Shown here: positions 1 to 9,590 of the stretch, piece after piece
Layout: each line of letters starts with the position of its first letter
Numbering within the stretch: position 1 is the stretch's first letter
Source: a virus
DNA length: 64,000 nucleotides
Reading direction: 5' to 3' (one strand)
Virus record (IMG/VR): IMGVR_UViG_3300027759_000002
Location: 96,001-160,000 of that record
Notes under the pieces: model-generated
Seen by the model: the letters and a program-made list of their open reading frames with translations, nothing else
What the model was told of the DNA's origin: nothing
Database searches by the model: none
Position numbers and translations under genes: made by a program

Positions 1-150
1 ACAGGCAACGAATTAAAGAAATATAATTTCGTTGGTTTATTTCCATTAGATTTGGCACCAATCGACCTTGATTGGGGTTCAAATGACGCAATTGAAGAAT
101 TTACATGTACGTTTGCTTACCAATTCTGGGAAACAGACACAACATCTTGA
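1..150 (+). CDS. 19: tail tube protein, C-terminal fragment
   Basis: Frame 1 reads TGNELKKYNFVGLFPLDLAPIDLDWGSNDAIEEFTCTFAYQFWE-stop, typical of the gp19 C-terminus; lies just before the portal gene. Confidence 0.9.
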   Translation, partial: TGNELKKYNFVGLFPLDLAPIDLDWGSNDAIEEFTCTFAYQFWETDTTS

Positions 151-158
151 TATATAGC

Positions 159-190
159 GGGAGGCCCAATAGGGTCTCCCATGATTTTTT
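159..190 (+). terminator. intrinsic terminator-like hairpin
   Basis: GGGAGGCCC-AATA-GGGTCTCCC stem followed by a T-rich tract. Confidence 0.6.
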
Positions 191-213
191 GATTTTATAA
201 TTACACACAAACT

Positions 214-1959
214 ATGGCAAACAACACAAACAAATTCTCACTGTTCGGTTTTACAATTTCTCGCCAAAAGGATGAGGAAGATTCTACTGCACAACAATCA
301 TTTGCGCCACCAACGCAAGATGATGGAGCATTAACTATTACATCTGCCGCTTACTACGGCACTTATGTTGACCTTGACGGTACCGCAAAGAATGAGGTAG
401 AACTAATCTCTCGTTACCGTGAAATGGCTATGCAACCTGAAATTGAATCTGCGATAGATGATATAGTTAATGAGGCTATTGTTCAAGATGATGATGGTAA
501 AATAACACAAATTATTTTAGATGATTTAAAAGTTGCCGACAAAATTAAAAAAGCCATTAAAGAAGAATTCAATACCGTTTTGCGTATGTTGAGTTATCAG
601 AACATGGCACAAGATATCTTCCGCCGTTACTATGTTGATGGTAGAATGTACTATCACATCATTATTGACCGTGAGAAACCACAAGAAGGTATTAAAGAAC
701 TTCGTTACATCGACCCACGTAGATTACGTAAGGTTCGTGAGATGAAAAAACAAAAAGATGAAAGAACTGGTGCAGATGTTATGCAACCAGTGAATGAATA
801 CTACATATACAACGACAAGGTTGTTAGCGGTAGTGCATCCAATTTTGGTCCTGTTGGTGTTCGCATTACAACAGACTCTATTATTTCGGTGGTATCGGGT
901 CTTATGGACTCCCGCCGTGCGGTTGTTCTGAGTTATCTACATAAAGCAATTAAGCCTCTAAATCAATTACGTATGATAGAGGATGCAACGGTCATTTACC
1001 GTATTTCGAGAGCTCCAGAACGCCGTATCTTTTACATTGACGTTGGCAATTTACCAAAATTAAAGGCCGAACAATACATGCGTGATATTATGGTCAAGTA
1101 TAAAAATAAACTTGTCTATGATGCCAATACAGGTGAAGTACGTGATGACCGCAAGTTTATGTCCATGATGGAAGACTTCTGGTTACCACGTAGAGAAGGC
1201 GGCAAAGGCACAGAGATTACCACACTACCAGGTGGACAGAACCTAGGTGAGCTGGAAGACGTTAAATACTTTCAGAAGAAACTATATGGTGCCTTGTGTG
1301 TTCCAATCTCCAGGTTAGAACCTAACCAAGGATTCTCACTTGGTCGTTCATCAGAGATTACTAGAGATGAATTGAAATTCTCTAAATTTGTGGATAGATT
1401 AAGAAGTAAATTTTCCGAAGTATTCAATCAAGCCTTACGTGTACAGTGTGTACTAAAAGGCATTTGTACAGATGAAGAATGGGAATTGTTTAAAGAAGAT
1501 ATTCATTATGACTTCATTAAAGATAATAATTTCTCCGAATTAAAAGAAGCGGAATTAATGTCACAAAGATTAACGTTGTTACAATCGGTTGATCCATATA
1601 CTGGTCGTTATTTCTCACAAAAATGGATTCAACAAAATGTGTTGCGTCTAACAGATGATGAGATTGCAGACATGGATAAAGAAATTGAAACAGAAAAAGA
1701 AATGGGTCTTGGATTGCCTGTTGGTGTAACAAATGATGTTGCACAACAACAGATGTTAGGACAAGTTCAAACCGACCAAATGGTACAACAGGCACAATTG
1801 ATGCCTGATCCTGCACCAGCTGGTGGTTCCAGTTCTGGTGGTGGTAGTTCATCATCAAGTAGTAAATCAAAAAGTTCCAGTGGTTCGAAATCAGTTAAAG
1901 GTGACCTCAGCTTAGAAGAAGTTGAAACAACATTTACCAGATTGAAACGCATTTTATAA
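214..1959 (+). CDS. 20: portal vertex protein
   Basis: Conserved gp20 motifs (YRISRAPERRIFYIDVGNLP, EDFWLPRREGGKGTEITTLPGG); synteny. Confidence 0.97.
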   Translation: MANNTNKFSLFGFTISRQKDEEDSTAQQSFAPPTQDDGALTITSAAYYGTYVDLDGTAKNEVELISRYREMAMQPEIESAIDDIVNEAIVQDDDGKITQIILDDLKVADKIKKAIKEEFNTVLRMLSYQNMAQDIFRRYYVDGRMYYHIIIDREKPQEGIKELRYIDPRRLRKVREMKKQKDERTGADVMQPVNEYYIYNDKVVSGSASNFGPVGVRITTDSIISVVSGLMDSRRAVVLSYLHKAIKPLNQLRMIEDATVIYRISRAPERRIFYIDVGNLPKLKAEQYMRDIMVKYKNKLVYDANTGEVRDDRKFMSMMEDFWLPRREGGKGTEITTLPGGQNLGELEDVKYFQKKLYGALCVPISRLEPNQGFSLGRSSEITRDELKFSKFVDRLRSKFSEVFNQALRVQCVLKGICTDEEWELFKEDIHYDFIKDNNFSELKEAELMSQRLTLLQSVDPYTGRYFSQKWIQQNVLRLTDDEIADMDKEIETEKEMGLGLPVGVTNDVAQQQMLGQVQTDQMVQQAQLMPDPAPAGGSSSGGGSSSSSSKSKSSSGSKSVKGDLSLEEVETTFTRLKRIL

Positions 1960-1972
1960 TTAGGAGATAACA

Positions 1973-2185
1973 ATGGATAAAGCAAGAGAAATAGTAGACT
2001 ACGCAGAAACAGATAACGCAATCGAAATGCGTAATGCATTATATTCTGCACTACACGATAGAGTTAGAGCTCATATCGAAACACATAAGGTAGAAGTTGC
2101 AAAGCAGTTAATGAATCCAGATGATGCAACGACCGAAGATGAAGTTGTACACACAGGTGAACCTGTTACAACTGAAACTGAATAA
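1973..2185 (+). CDS. 67: prohead core protein gp67-like
   Basis: Small acidic ORF right after the portal, GGAG RBS; assigned mainly by synteny. Confidence 0.6.
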   Translation: MDKAREIVDYAETDNAIEMRNALYSALHDRVRAHIETHKVEVAKQLMNPDDATTEDEVVHTGEPVTTETE

Positions 2186-2197
2186 TTTTGACACTGG

Positions 2198-2205
2198 TAT
2201 AAATA
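2198..2205 (+). promoter_or_regulatory. T4-type late promoter
   Basis: TATAAATA upstream of the head genes. Confidence 0.75.
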
Positions 2206-2231
2206 TTATTCAAACATAACAGGAATTATAA

Positions 2232-2753
2232 ATGGCAAATTCATTTTCATATCAAGTCATTAAAGACACAACAGAACATGCAGTTATTAAACTAACTGCT
2301 TCTTTTGATGGTACAGGTCAAGAATCAAACACTATACGTATTCAAGCAAATACTTTATATGGTGCAATGGACACTTCCAAAGGTAATTTACTTTCAAGTG
2401 CAGCTAATACTGGCGCATTAGGTTTCTACGGTTTGTCTATATATCGTTTGTGGTATGATTGTGCTGCTGGCGGTGATGTAACATTATCTTGGAATGCATC
2501 CACGCCTTTGCCTATATTTGTTATGAACGGTAACGGAGAATATGATTCGGCCGGTAACTGGGTAACAATACCAAACAATGCAAAAGGAACTTCAGGTTGC
2601 AAAGGTGATATTGCTGTGTCCACCAGAGGTATGGCAGCAAATGATAGTTACACAATGATTTTAGAATTACGTAAAGACAATGAACACTATCAACGTGGCC
2701 AATTAAGTGATCCTGCCGCATTTAATTATGGTGGTTATTCACTTAGACCTTAA
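2232..2753 (+). CDS. hypothetical head-module protein
   Basis: 173 aa ORF with RBS between gp67 and gp21. Confidence 0.7.
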   Translation: MANSFSYQVIKDTTEHAVIKLTASFDGTGQESNTIRIQANTLYGAMDTSKGNLLSSAANTGALGFYGLSIYRLWYDCAAGGDVTLSWNASTPLPIFVMNGNGEYDSAGNWVTIPNNAKGTSGCKGDIAVSTRGMAANDSYTMILELRKDNEHYQRGQLSDPAAFNYGGYSLRP

Positions 2754-2761
2754 GGATTAAA

Positions 2762-3406
2762 ATGAAACTCATTAGAGAACTTACCGAATCGGTACAATAC
2801 TTAACGGAAGAAAAAGATGGAAAGAAAACTCTTTTCATTGAAGGTCCGTTTCTAGTTGCAGAATCAGTTAACAAAAATAAACGCATGTACAGAGAAGAAA
2901 CAATGCGTAATGAAGTTAACCGTTACAGCGAAGAATACATTAATAAAAATCGTGCCTTTGGTGAACTGGGACATCCAGACACCCCATCCATTAATCTTGA
3001 CCGTGTGTCTCACTTAATTGTGGGTCTACGTCAAGAGGGAAATGCTTGGATAGGCAAAGCAAAAATTCTTGAAACCCCTATGGGTAACATTGCAAGAAAC
3101 CTTATTGAAGGCGGCGCACAACTTGGTGTGTCATCTAGAGGTATGGGTTCTCTTAAAATGGAAAACGGCATCAATGTCGTTCAAGGAGACTTTCATCTGG
3201 CCACAGCGGCAGATATTGTAGCAGATCCTTCTGCACCTGGTGCTTTTGTACAGGGAATTATGGAAGGTAAGGAATGGATGTTGGTTAACGGTATATGGAC
3301 CGAAGAACAACACGAAGTTGCAAAGCAAGAAATTAAGCAAGCATCTAGCAAAGAGATTGAAGCCGTAAGCTTAAAAATCTTTGAAAACTTCCTTAAAAAA
3401 CTTTAA
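2762..3406 (+). CDS. 21: prohead protease
   Basis: GELGHP and GVSSRGMGSL motifs, DIVADPSAPGAFV. Confidence 0.96.
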   Translation: MKLIRELTESVQYLTEEKDGKKTLFIEGPFLVAESVNKNKRMYREETMRNEVNRYSEEYINKNRAFGELGHPDTPSINLDRVSHLIVGLRQEGNAWIGKAKILETPMGNIARNLIEGGAQLGVSSRGMGSLKMENGINVVQGDFHLATAADIVADPSAPGAFVQGIMEGKEWMLVNGIWTEEQHEVAKQEIKQASSKEIEAVSLKIFENFLKKL

Positions 3407-3407
3407 A

Positions 3408-3415
3408 TATAAATA
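3408..3415 (+). promoter_or_regulatory. T4-type late promoter
   Basis: TATAAATA upstream of gp22. Confidence 0.75.
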
Positions 3416-3443
3416 TCCAATATAAATCAAGGAGATTCTCAAA

Positions 3444-4703
3444 ATGGGAAAATTTAATCTGACAGACGCCGCTAAATCAATTCTTACAGAAGGCGCAAAA
3501 GAAAACTTTGAAGCTTCTGTAGCTCGTGGCCACAAAGAAGGTTCATCTAAACTACCTACGTCTGTTGCTTATGGCACAAAAGATGTTGGTGAAGTTGCTG
3601 GTGAAATCAAAAAACAAGATGATGAAACTGGTGACTACACAAAAGGTACACCAACAGCAACACCACCAGGCGCAACACCACCAGTTGGTTCAATGCCTGC
3701 ACAGAAGTTGACTGGTCCTGCTGACTCACAAGGTTCTGAACACAAAGCTGTTCAAGCTGCAGCAACCGATTACAACGCAATCCGTGACCGTATCAAAGCT
3801 AAACTTGCACCACAAATGATGCAAGCAAATCCAGGTGCAACATTCCAGTCTTATGCTGAAGAAAAAGTAGAAGCAGAAGAAGTTGTTGCAGAAGAAAAAG
3901 AAGGTCATGAAGATGCAGCAGAAGACAAAAAAATGATTAAGTCTATGATGAAGAAACAAAAAATGAAAGAACAAATGGACCAAGACGTAGGTGCATTGCT
4001 TTCAGGTGAAGACCTTTCAGAAGAATTCAAAACAAAAGCAACCACAATTTTTGAATCTGCCGTTATTGCTCGTTCACAATCCATTATGGAAGAAGTTGAA
4101 GAAGCATTGTACGAAGAATTCGAAGTGGCTGTTGAATCAGTTAAAGAAGATTTGGCTAAAAAGTTGGATGATTACATCAACTATATGGCCGAAGAATGGT
4201 TCAAAGAAAACCAATTGGCAATCGAAAAAGGTCTACGTTCTGAAATCGTTGAAGATTTCATTCGTGGTCTAAAAGGTCTATTCGAAGAACATTACATCGA
4301 CATTCCAGATGAAAAAGTGGATGTTGTGGAAGAATTGACCACAAAGGTTGAAGAATTAGAAACTTCAGTCAACGAAGAAATTTCACGTAACGTTGAAATG
4401 AAGAAACAAATTAACGAACACAAAAAGACAGAGGCTATACATGCAGTATGTGAAGGCCTGACGCAGACACAAGTAGAGAAACTAAAATCACTCGCAGAGA
4501 GTGTTGAGTTTACTACTGAAGAAGAATTTGGTCGCAAACTAGAAACATTGGTAGATTCATACTTCCAACAAACAGTTAAAGCACCAGTTAGTTCTGCTCT
4601 ACATGAAGCTGTAGAAGTTGAAGATGAGAAGAAGCCAATGGCATCTACTGATCCTGCAATCGCTCAGTACGCACAAACAATCTCTAAATCATTGGTTAAA
4701 TAA
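3444..4703 (+). CDS. 22: prohead scaffolding protein
   Basis: Acidic coiled coil with LDDYINYMAEEWFKENQLAIEKGLRSEIVEDF; lies between gp21 and gp23. Confidence 0.93.
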   Translation: MGKFNLTDAAKSILTEGAKENFEASVARGHKEGSSKLPTSVAYGTKDVGEVAGEIKKQDDETGDYTKGTPTATPPGATPPVGSMPAQKLTGPADSQGSEHKAVQAAATDYNAIRDRIKAKLAPQMMQANPGATFQSYAEEKVEAEEVVAEEKEGHEDAAEDKKMIKSMMKKQKMKEQMDQDVGALLSGEDLSEEFKTKATTIFESAVIARSQSIMEEVEEALYEEFEVAVESVKEDLAKKLDDYINYMAEEWFKENQLAIEKGLRSEIVEDFIRGLKGLFEEHYIDIPDEKVDVVEELTTKVEELETSVNEEISRNVEMKKQINEHKKTEAIHAVCEGLTQTQVEKLKSLAESVEFTTEEEFGRKLETLVDSYFQQTVKAPVSSALHEAVEVEDEKKPMASTDPAIAQYAQTISKSLVK

Positions 4704-4744
4704 ATAAACTTTACCAATAAAAGATACTAATAAGGAGAACATTA

Positions 4745-6091
4745 ATGTATCTAACCGAAGAATTACAAAAAAAATGGGCACCAGTCCTTGAACACGAAGG
4801 TCTAGAGTCTATCAAAGATCCGTACAGAAAAGCTGTTACAGCACTTGTATTGGAAAACCAACAACGTGAAATGGCTACAGCATCACAACAGTTGAATGAA
4901 ACTGCTGTGTCTTCTGCACCAACAAACGTTACAGGTTCTGGCATTTCTAACTACGACCCAATCTTAATCAGTTTGGTTCGCCGTGCATTGCCTAACTTGA
5001 TTGCTTATGATGTTGCAGGCGTTCAGCCAATGACTGGACCTACTGGTCTAATCTTTGCAATGCGTGCTCGTTACGACACACAATCTGGTTCACCAAGCAA
5101 CACAAACGAAGCGTTCTTCAACGAAGCAAACACAGAGTTCTCTGGTGCATTGTCTACTTCTAATCCATACGGATTCCGTGGTAACAACGCAACAGATATC
5201 CGTACAAACCCTGTTGCAGATTTGACTGCTAACCACTACACAACTGGTATTGCATTTTCAACAGCAACTGCTGAAGCACTAGGTGCCGACACAGATAGTC
5301 CTTTCAAACAAATGGCATTCTCAATTGAGAAAGTTACTGTTACTGCACAAAGCCGTGCATTGAAAGCTGAATACTCACTAGAACTTGCACAAGACTTGAA
5401 AGCAATCCATGGTTTGGATGCTGAAACAGAATTGAGCAACATTCTTTCTACTGAGATTCTTGCTGAAATCAACCGTGAAGTTATCCGTACTATCTACACA
5501 TGTGCTGTTGCAGGCGCTCAGTATGGTACTACAACTGCTGGTTCTTTCGACTTGGACACAGACTCTAACGGTCGTTGGTCTGTTGAACGTTTCAAAGGTT
5601 TGATTTTCCAAATCGAACGTGATGCTAACGTTATTGCAAAACAAACTCGTAGAGGTAAAGGCAACGTGATGATTGTATCATCTGATGTTGCTTCTGCTAT
5701 GGCTATGGCTGGCGTGTTGCAATATACACCTAACCTAAACGCTGACCTACAAGTTGATGACACAGGCAATACATTTGCTGGTATGTTACACGGTCGTATC
5801 AAGGTCTATATTGACCCATACTTCGGTGGTTACACATCTAACCAAGAATTGGTGACAATCGGTTATAAGGGTACTTCTCCTTATGACGCTGGTATCTTCT
5901 ATTGCCCATACGTACCGTTGCAAATGGTTCGTGCAATTGACCAGTACACATTCCAACCAAAGATTGGTTTCAAAACACGTTACGGCATGGTTGCAAACCC
6001 ATTCGCAACTGGTTTGACAAGTGGCAATGGCGCATTGAACGCACGTTCAAACGTTTACTACCGTATCTTCCAAGTTAAAAACTTGATGTAA
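4745..6091 (+). CDS. 23: major capsid protein
   Basis: gp23 motifs VQPMTGPTGLIFAMR, SRALKAEYSLELAQDLKAIHGLDAE, FQPKIGFKTRYG. Confidence 0.98.
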   Translation: MYLTEELQKKWAPVLEHEGLESIKDPYRKAVTALVLENQQREMATASQQLNETAVSSAPTNVTGSGISNYDPILISLVRRALPNLIAYDVAGVQPMTGPTGLIFAMRARYDTQSGSPSNTNEAFFNEANTEFSGALSTSNPYGFRGNNATDIRTNPVADLTANHYTTGIAFSTATAEALGADTDSPFKQMAFSIEKVTVTAQSRALKAEYSLELAQDLKAIHGLDAETELSNILSTEILAEINREVIRTIYTCAVAGAQYGTTTAGSFDLDTDSNGRWSVERFKGLIFQIERDANVIAKQTRRGKGNVMIVSSDVASAMAMAGVLQYTPNLNADLQVDDTGNTFAGMLHGRIKVYIDPYFGGYTSNQELVTIGYKGTSPYDAGIFYCPYVPLQMVRAIDQYTFQPKIGFKTRYGMVANPFATGLTSGNGALNARSNVYYRIFQVKNLM

Positions 6092-6119
6092 GACCAGAGT
6101 CACCGCAGAGTGACACTTT

Positions 6120-6148
6120 AAAGACCACCTTCGGGTGGTCTTTTTTTT
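6120..6148 (+). terminator. intrinsic terminator with cUUCGg loop
   Basis: AAAGACCACC-TTCG-GGTGGTCTTT plus T-run, after gp23. Confidence 0.92.
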
Positions 6149-6153
6149 GGCTC

Positions 6154-6160
6154 CTAAATA
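6154..6160 (+). promoter_or_regulatory. late promoter variant
   Basis: CTAAATA before the GAGGAG RBS of gp3. Confidence 0.55.
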
Positions 6161-6177
6161 CTGATAGAGGAGATAAA

Positions 6178-6690
6178 ATGACAGCAATAAACAGAAGTCC
6201 TGAGAACACAAACCTATTACAGTCAACGAAGTTTTTATTAACGTTTGATAGAATTAGAACCACACAATATTTCTGTCAAACTGTTAACCTTCCTGGTGTA
6301 ACTTTAGGTGAAGTAAGCCGAGCAACACCATTCTTGGACATGTATTCACCTGGTACCAAGTTAACATATGATCCATTGGTTGTAGAATTCATATTAGATG
6401 AAGAACTACAAGGATGGAAAAACATGTACGATTGGTTTTTGTCAATGGCTGATCCAGATGGATTTGAGAAACGTGATGGCAGTAGAGAACTACAAACCAA
6501 TAAACACTTCTCAGATGCCACATTAAGTATACTAAGTGGACTAAACAATCCTTTGGTTAGAATACACTACACCAACTTATTTCCTTTGAGTATTAGTGAT
6601 ATTAGATTTGACACCACACAATCTGCGGATACAATATTGACCGCAACGGCAACATTTAGATATCAATCGTATACCTACTTGACAGTGTAA
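6178..6690 (+). CDS. 3: tail tube terminator / tail completion protein
   Basis: YFCQTVNLPG, TYDPLVVEFILDEEL, SDATLSIL; position after gp23 as in T4-like phages. Confidence 0.8.
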   Translation: MTAINRSPENTNLLQSTKFLLTFDRIRTTQYFCQTVNLPGVTLGEVSRATPFLDMYSPGTKLTYDPLVVEFILDEELQGWKNMYDWFLSMADPDGFEKRDGSRELQTNKHFSDATLSILSGLNNPLVRIHYTNLFPLSISDIRFDTTQSADTILTATATFRYQSYTYLTV

Positions 6691-6707
6691 TCATTTTGTG
6701 TTATAAT
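6679..6707 (+). promoter_or_regulatory. sigma70-type promoter
   Basis: TTGACA-17 nt-TATAAT with extended -10 TG. Confidence 0.85.
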
Positions 6708-6747
6708 GTTTTTATTGCATTTTAATATATTCTTTAAATAAAGTCAT

Positions 6748-7245
6748 ATGAAATTATATACTTGTACCGATTGTAAAATACCAAAATTGGCTACAACCGA
6801 AAACTTTTATGATAATCAAATTAAAAAGACAATTAAAAATAAAGAAATAACTTCAATAGGTAAATGTATTTCTTGTGCCAAAACATATCAATTAAATTAC
6901 ACCAAACAATTAAAAGAAAAAAGATTATCTATTAGAAGTAGAAAATCAATTGATATAAAAAATACAGGAACTTTATATGTTATGGGGCCAAAAAATAACA
7001 CAAACCTTCCATATAAAATTGGTATTACAGTTGGTAAAGATGTTTCCAATAGATTAAGAGCAATGCAAACATCACATTGGATGGAAATTGAAGTTTATTA
7101 TAAATCACCATTGTTGAAAGATGTAAATAAAGTTGAAAAACATTTACACAAAAAATATGCCGATAAAAAAGTAAAAGGTGAATGGTTTAATATAAACCAA
7201 GAAGATATAAAAAATATTATAATAGAATGTGAAAATTTTAATTAA
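6748..7245 (+). CDS. T5orf172/GIY-YIG-like endonuclease, possible homing endonuclease
   Basis: LYVMG...YKIGIT...RLRAMQT...EKHLHKKY...GEWF motif, N-terminal CxxC pairs, very AT-rich. Confidence 0.7.
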   Translation: MKLYTCTDCKIPKLATTENFYDNQIKKTIKNKEITSIGKCISCAKTYQLNYTKQLKEKRLSIRSRKSIDIKNTGTLYVMGPKNNTNLPYKIGITVGKDVSNRLRAMQTSHWMEIEVYYKSPLLKDVNKVEKHLHKKYADKKVKGEWFNINQEDIKNIIIECENFN

Positions 7246-7263
7246 TTTATAAGTTGAGATATT

Positions 7264-7698
7264 ATGGAAACACTTGAACAAATATTAAAAATGTGGGAAA
7301 GCGATGCGGTTATAGACCAAACCGAGCCGTCTAAAGAATTATTAAACATTCCCAAATATCACAGCAAGTATCTTGGTATTTTAACCAAGCATAAGATTGC
7401 GTCCAAAAAAGCCCACTTTGATTATCTACGTATGCGTAAGGTCAAATGGGAATACTTTACTGGCAAAATGTCCGAAGAAGAATTGGAACAATATGGTTGG
7501 GATCCATTTCAATTTGCACTCAAATCGGATATCAACACCTACCTAGAAGCAGATAAAGACCTCATCAAGTTACTTGAAAAGAAAGTATACCATGAAGAAG
7601 TCACATCCGTGGTTGAATCAATTATGGCCGAACTTAAACAAAGAACATGGCAGTTAAGAGATTTTATATCTTGGGAGAAATTCATTGGCGGTCAATGA
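7264..7698 (+). CDS. uvsY: recombination mediator UvsY
   Basis: IPKYHSKYL, KWEYFTGK, YLEADKDL; precedes uvsW. Confidence 0.88.
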   Translation: METLEQILKMWESDAVIDQTEPSKELLNIPKYHSKYLGILTKHKIASKKAHFDYLRMRKVKWEYFTGKMSEEELEQYGWDPFQFALKSDINTYLEADKDLIKLLEKKVYHEEVTSVVESIMAELKQRTWQLRDFISWEKFIGGQ

Positions 7699-9178
7699 AC
7701 ACATCACAATAACCAAAGTAAACGAAGTTTACGGCAAAGTGGAATGCGAACGCCACGTTGCACGGGAACTATCAGAGTACTTCACATTCTTTGTACCCGG
7801 TTATCAGTTCGTTCCAGCCTATCGGAATCGCATTTGGGATGGTAAGATTCGTCTATTCAATCTACAGACCAGTCAATTATATCTTGGACTAGTTACATAT
7901 CTTACAGAATTTTGTGATGAACGTGAATATGCCTACTCACATGACCTAATTGAAGATGAATATTCTGTGTATCATGCACATAAATTCTTTGATACTTTGA
8001 ATCTACATTCACAAGGCAAACCAATTGGTGTCAGAGAACACCAAGAACATGCGTTCATTGAAGCAATACAAAAACGTAGAACCTTGTTGTTGTCACCAAC
8101 CGCATCAGGCAAGTCACTAATCATCTATTTGATTTGTCGCCAGTTGTTAGATTATCAAAATCTAAAAGGTCTTATTATTGTGCCAACCACCTCATTGGTT
8201 GAACAGTTGTATGGAGATTTTGGAGATTATGCAAGTGAATCTGGTTTTAAAAACTACATGCACGTACACAGAATCTACCAAGGTAAAGAAAAAACAACAG
8301 ACAAAGCAATAACAATCTCCACATGGCAATCACTTTACAAGATGCCGCCAGAATACTTTCATCAATTTGATTACGTCATTGGTGACGAAGCCCATCTATT
8401 CAAAGCACAGTCTTTGACTTCCATATTAACATCATGTGTCAATGCCAAGTACCGTATTGGTCTTACTGGAACTTTGGATGGAACAAAGACACATAAGTTG
8501 GTACTAGAAGGTTTGTTTGGACCAACTAAAAAAGTTGTAACAACCAAAGAGTTGATTGACAAGAAACAACTGTCATTTTTCAACATCAAGTGTTTGGTAC
8601 TAAAACACTCTGAGGAGATTTGTCAACAAATGAAAGACAAGTCTTATCCAGATGAACTGAAGTACTTAATAGAATCTGAAAACCGCAATCGTTTCATCCG
8701 TAATTTGGCAGTAAGTTTAACCAAAAATACATTGGTATTGTTTCAAATGAAGAAACACGGTAAAATACTGTACGAAATGATTAAAGAAAAGGCCGTTGGT
8801 CGTAAGGTATTCTTTGTTGATGGTGACGTTGAAACAGAAGTCAGAGAAGAAATACGTAGAATTATGGAATTAGAAAATGATGCAATTTTTGTGGCATCAT
8901 TTGGTACAACAAGTACTGGTACAAACATTAGAAATCTGCACAACATTATATTCACATCACCATCTAAGTCTAGGGTTAGGAATCTACAGTCTATTGGCCG
9001 TGGTTTAAGACAGTCTGATGGCAAAGAGATTGCAACTCTTTATGATATTGCAGACGACCTTAGAATCAAAAAACATACAAACTTTACTCTGCAACACTTC
9101 GTAGAAAGAGTGAAGATATATAATGAAGAACAGTTCTCTTTTAAAATTTACAATATAGGACTAAAAAATGGCAGTTAA
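7685..9178 (+). CDS. uvsW: SF2 helicase UvsW
   Basis: SPTASGKS Walker A, GDEAH, GLTGT, QSIGRGLR. Confidence 0.96.
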   Translation: MAVNEHITITKVNEVYGKVECERHVARELSEYFTFFVPGYQFVPAYRNRIWDGKIRLFNLQTSQLYLGLVTYLTEFCDEREYAYSHDLIEDEYSVYHAHKFFDTLNLHSQGKPIGVREHQEHAFIEAIQKRRTLLLSPTASGKSLIIYLICRQLLDYQNLKGLIIVPTTSLVEQLYGDFGDYASESGFKNYMHVHRIYQGKEKTTDKAITISTWQSLYKMPPEYFHQFDYVIGDEAHLFKAQSLTSILTSCVNAKYRIGLTGTLDGTKTHKLVLEGLFGPTKKVVTTKELIDKKQLSFFNIKCLVLKHSEEICQQMKDKSYPDELKYLIESENRNRFIRNLAVSLTKNTLVLFQMKKHGKILYEMIKEKAVGRKVFFVDGDVETEVREEIRRIMELENDAIFVASFGTTSTGTNIRNLHNIIFTSPSKSRVRNLQSIGRGLRQSDGKEIATLYDIADDLRIKKHTNFTLQHFVERVKIYNEEQFSFKIYNIGLKNGS

Positions 9179-9518
9179 AATTTTACGATTTAAAGACGGT
9201 CTAGATGTAATCTGTGACTGCATTTTTGAGAAAAATAACAAATTGGTGATTGACAATCCCATGTTGTTTGAACTCAGAGGAACAAACCTTATGTTACAAC
9301 ACTGGTTACCGGTGTTCGTAATGAAAGGTGAGTCTGTTGAGGTTGGCATAGATAACATACTATGCACAATGGATCCAACCGATGATTTTGAAGAATATTA
9401 TTCATCAGCTATCACCAAGTTGAAAGACTCTGAGAGGAAAGAAAGAGAAGTGGAACTCAACGATGAGGTACTAGCTGCTTTCGAAGAAAAGGAAATTGGT
9501 AAATCCTTAATACATTAA
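9168..9518 (+). CDS. hypothetical protein
   Basis: 116 aa ORF overlapping the uvsW end; this position is commonly occupied in T4-like phages. Confidence 0.7.
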   Translation: MAVKILRFKDGLDVICDCIFEKNNKLVIDNPMLFELRGTNLMLQHWLPVFVMKGESVEVGIDNILCTMDPTDDFEEYYSSAITKLKDSERKEREVELNDEVLAAFEEKEIGKSLIH

Positions 9519-9539
9519 CATCATAGGGGAACACCGAGG

Positions 9540-9568
9540 ACTATATCACATGTCAAGCCCCTTGTCAA
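9540..9568 (-). promoter_or_regulatory. antisense sigma70-type promoter
   Basis: Reverse strand reads TTGACA-AGGGGCTTGACATGTGA(17)-TATAGT. Confidence 0.6.
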
Positions 9569-9590
9569 CAACTTTTTATGGTACATTTGA

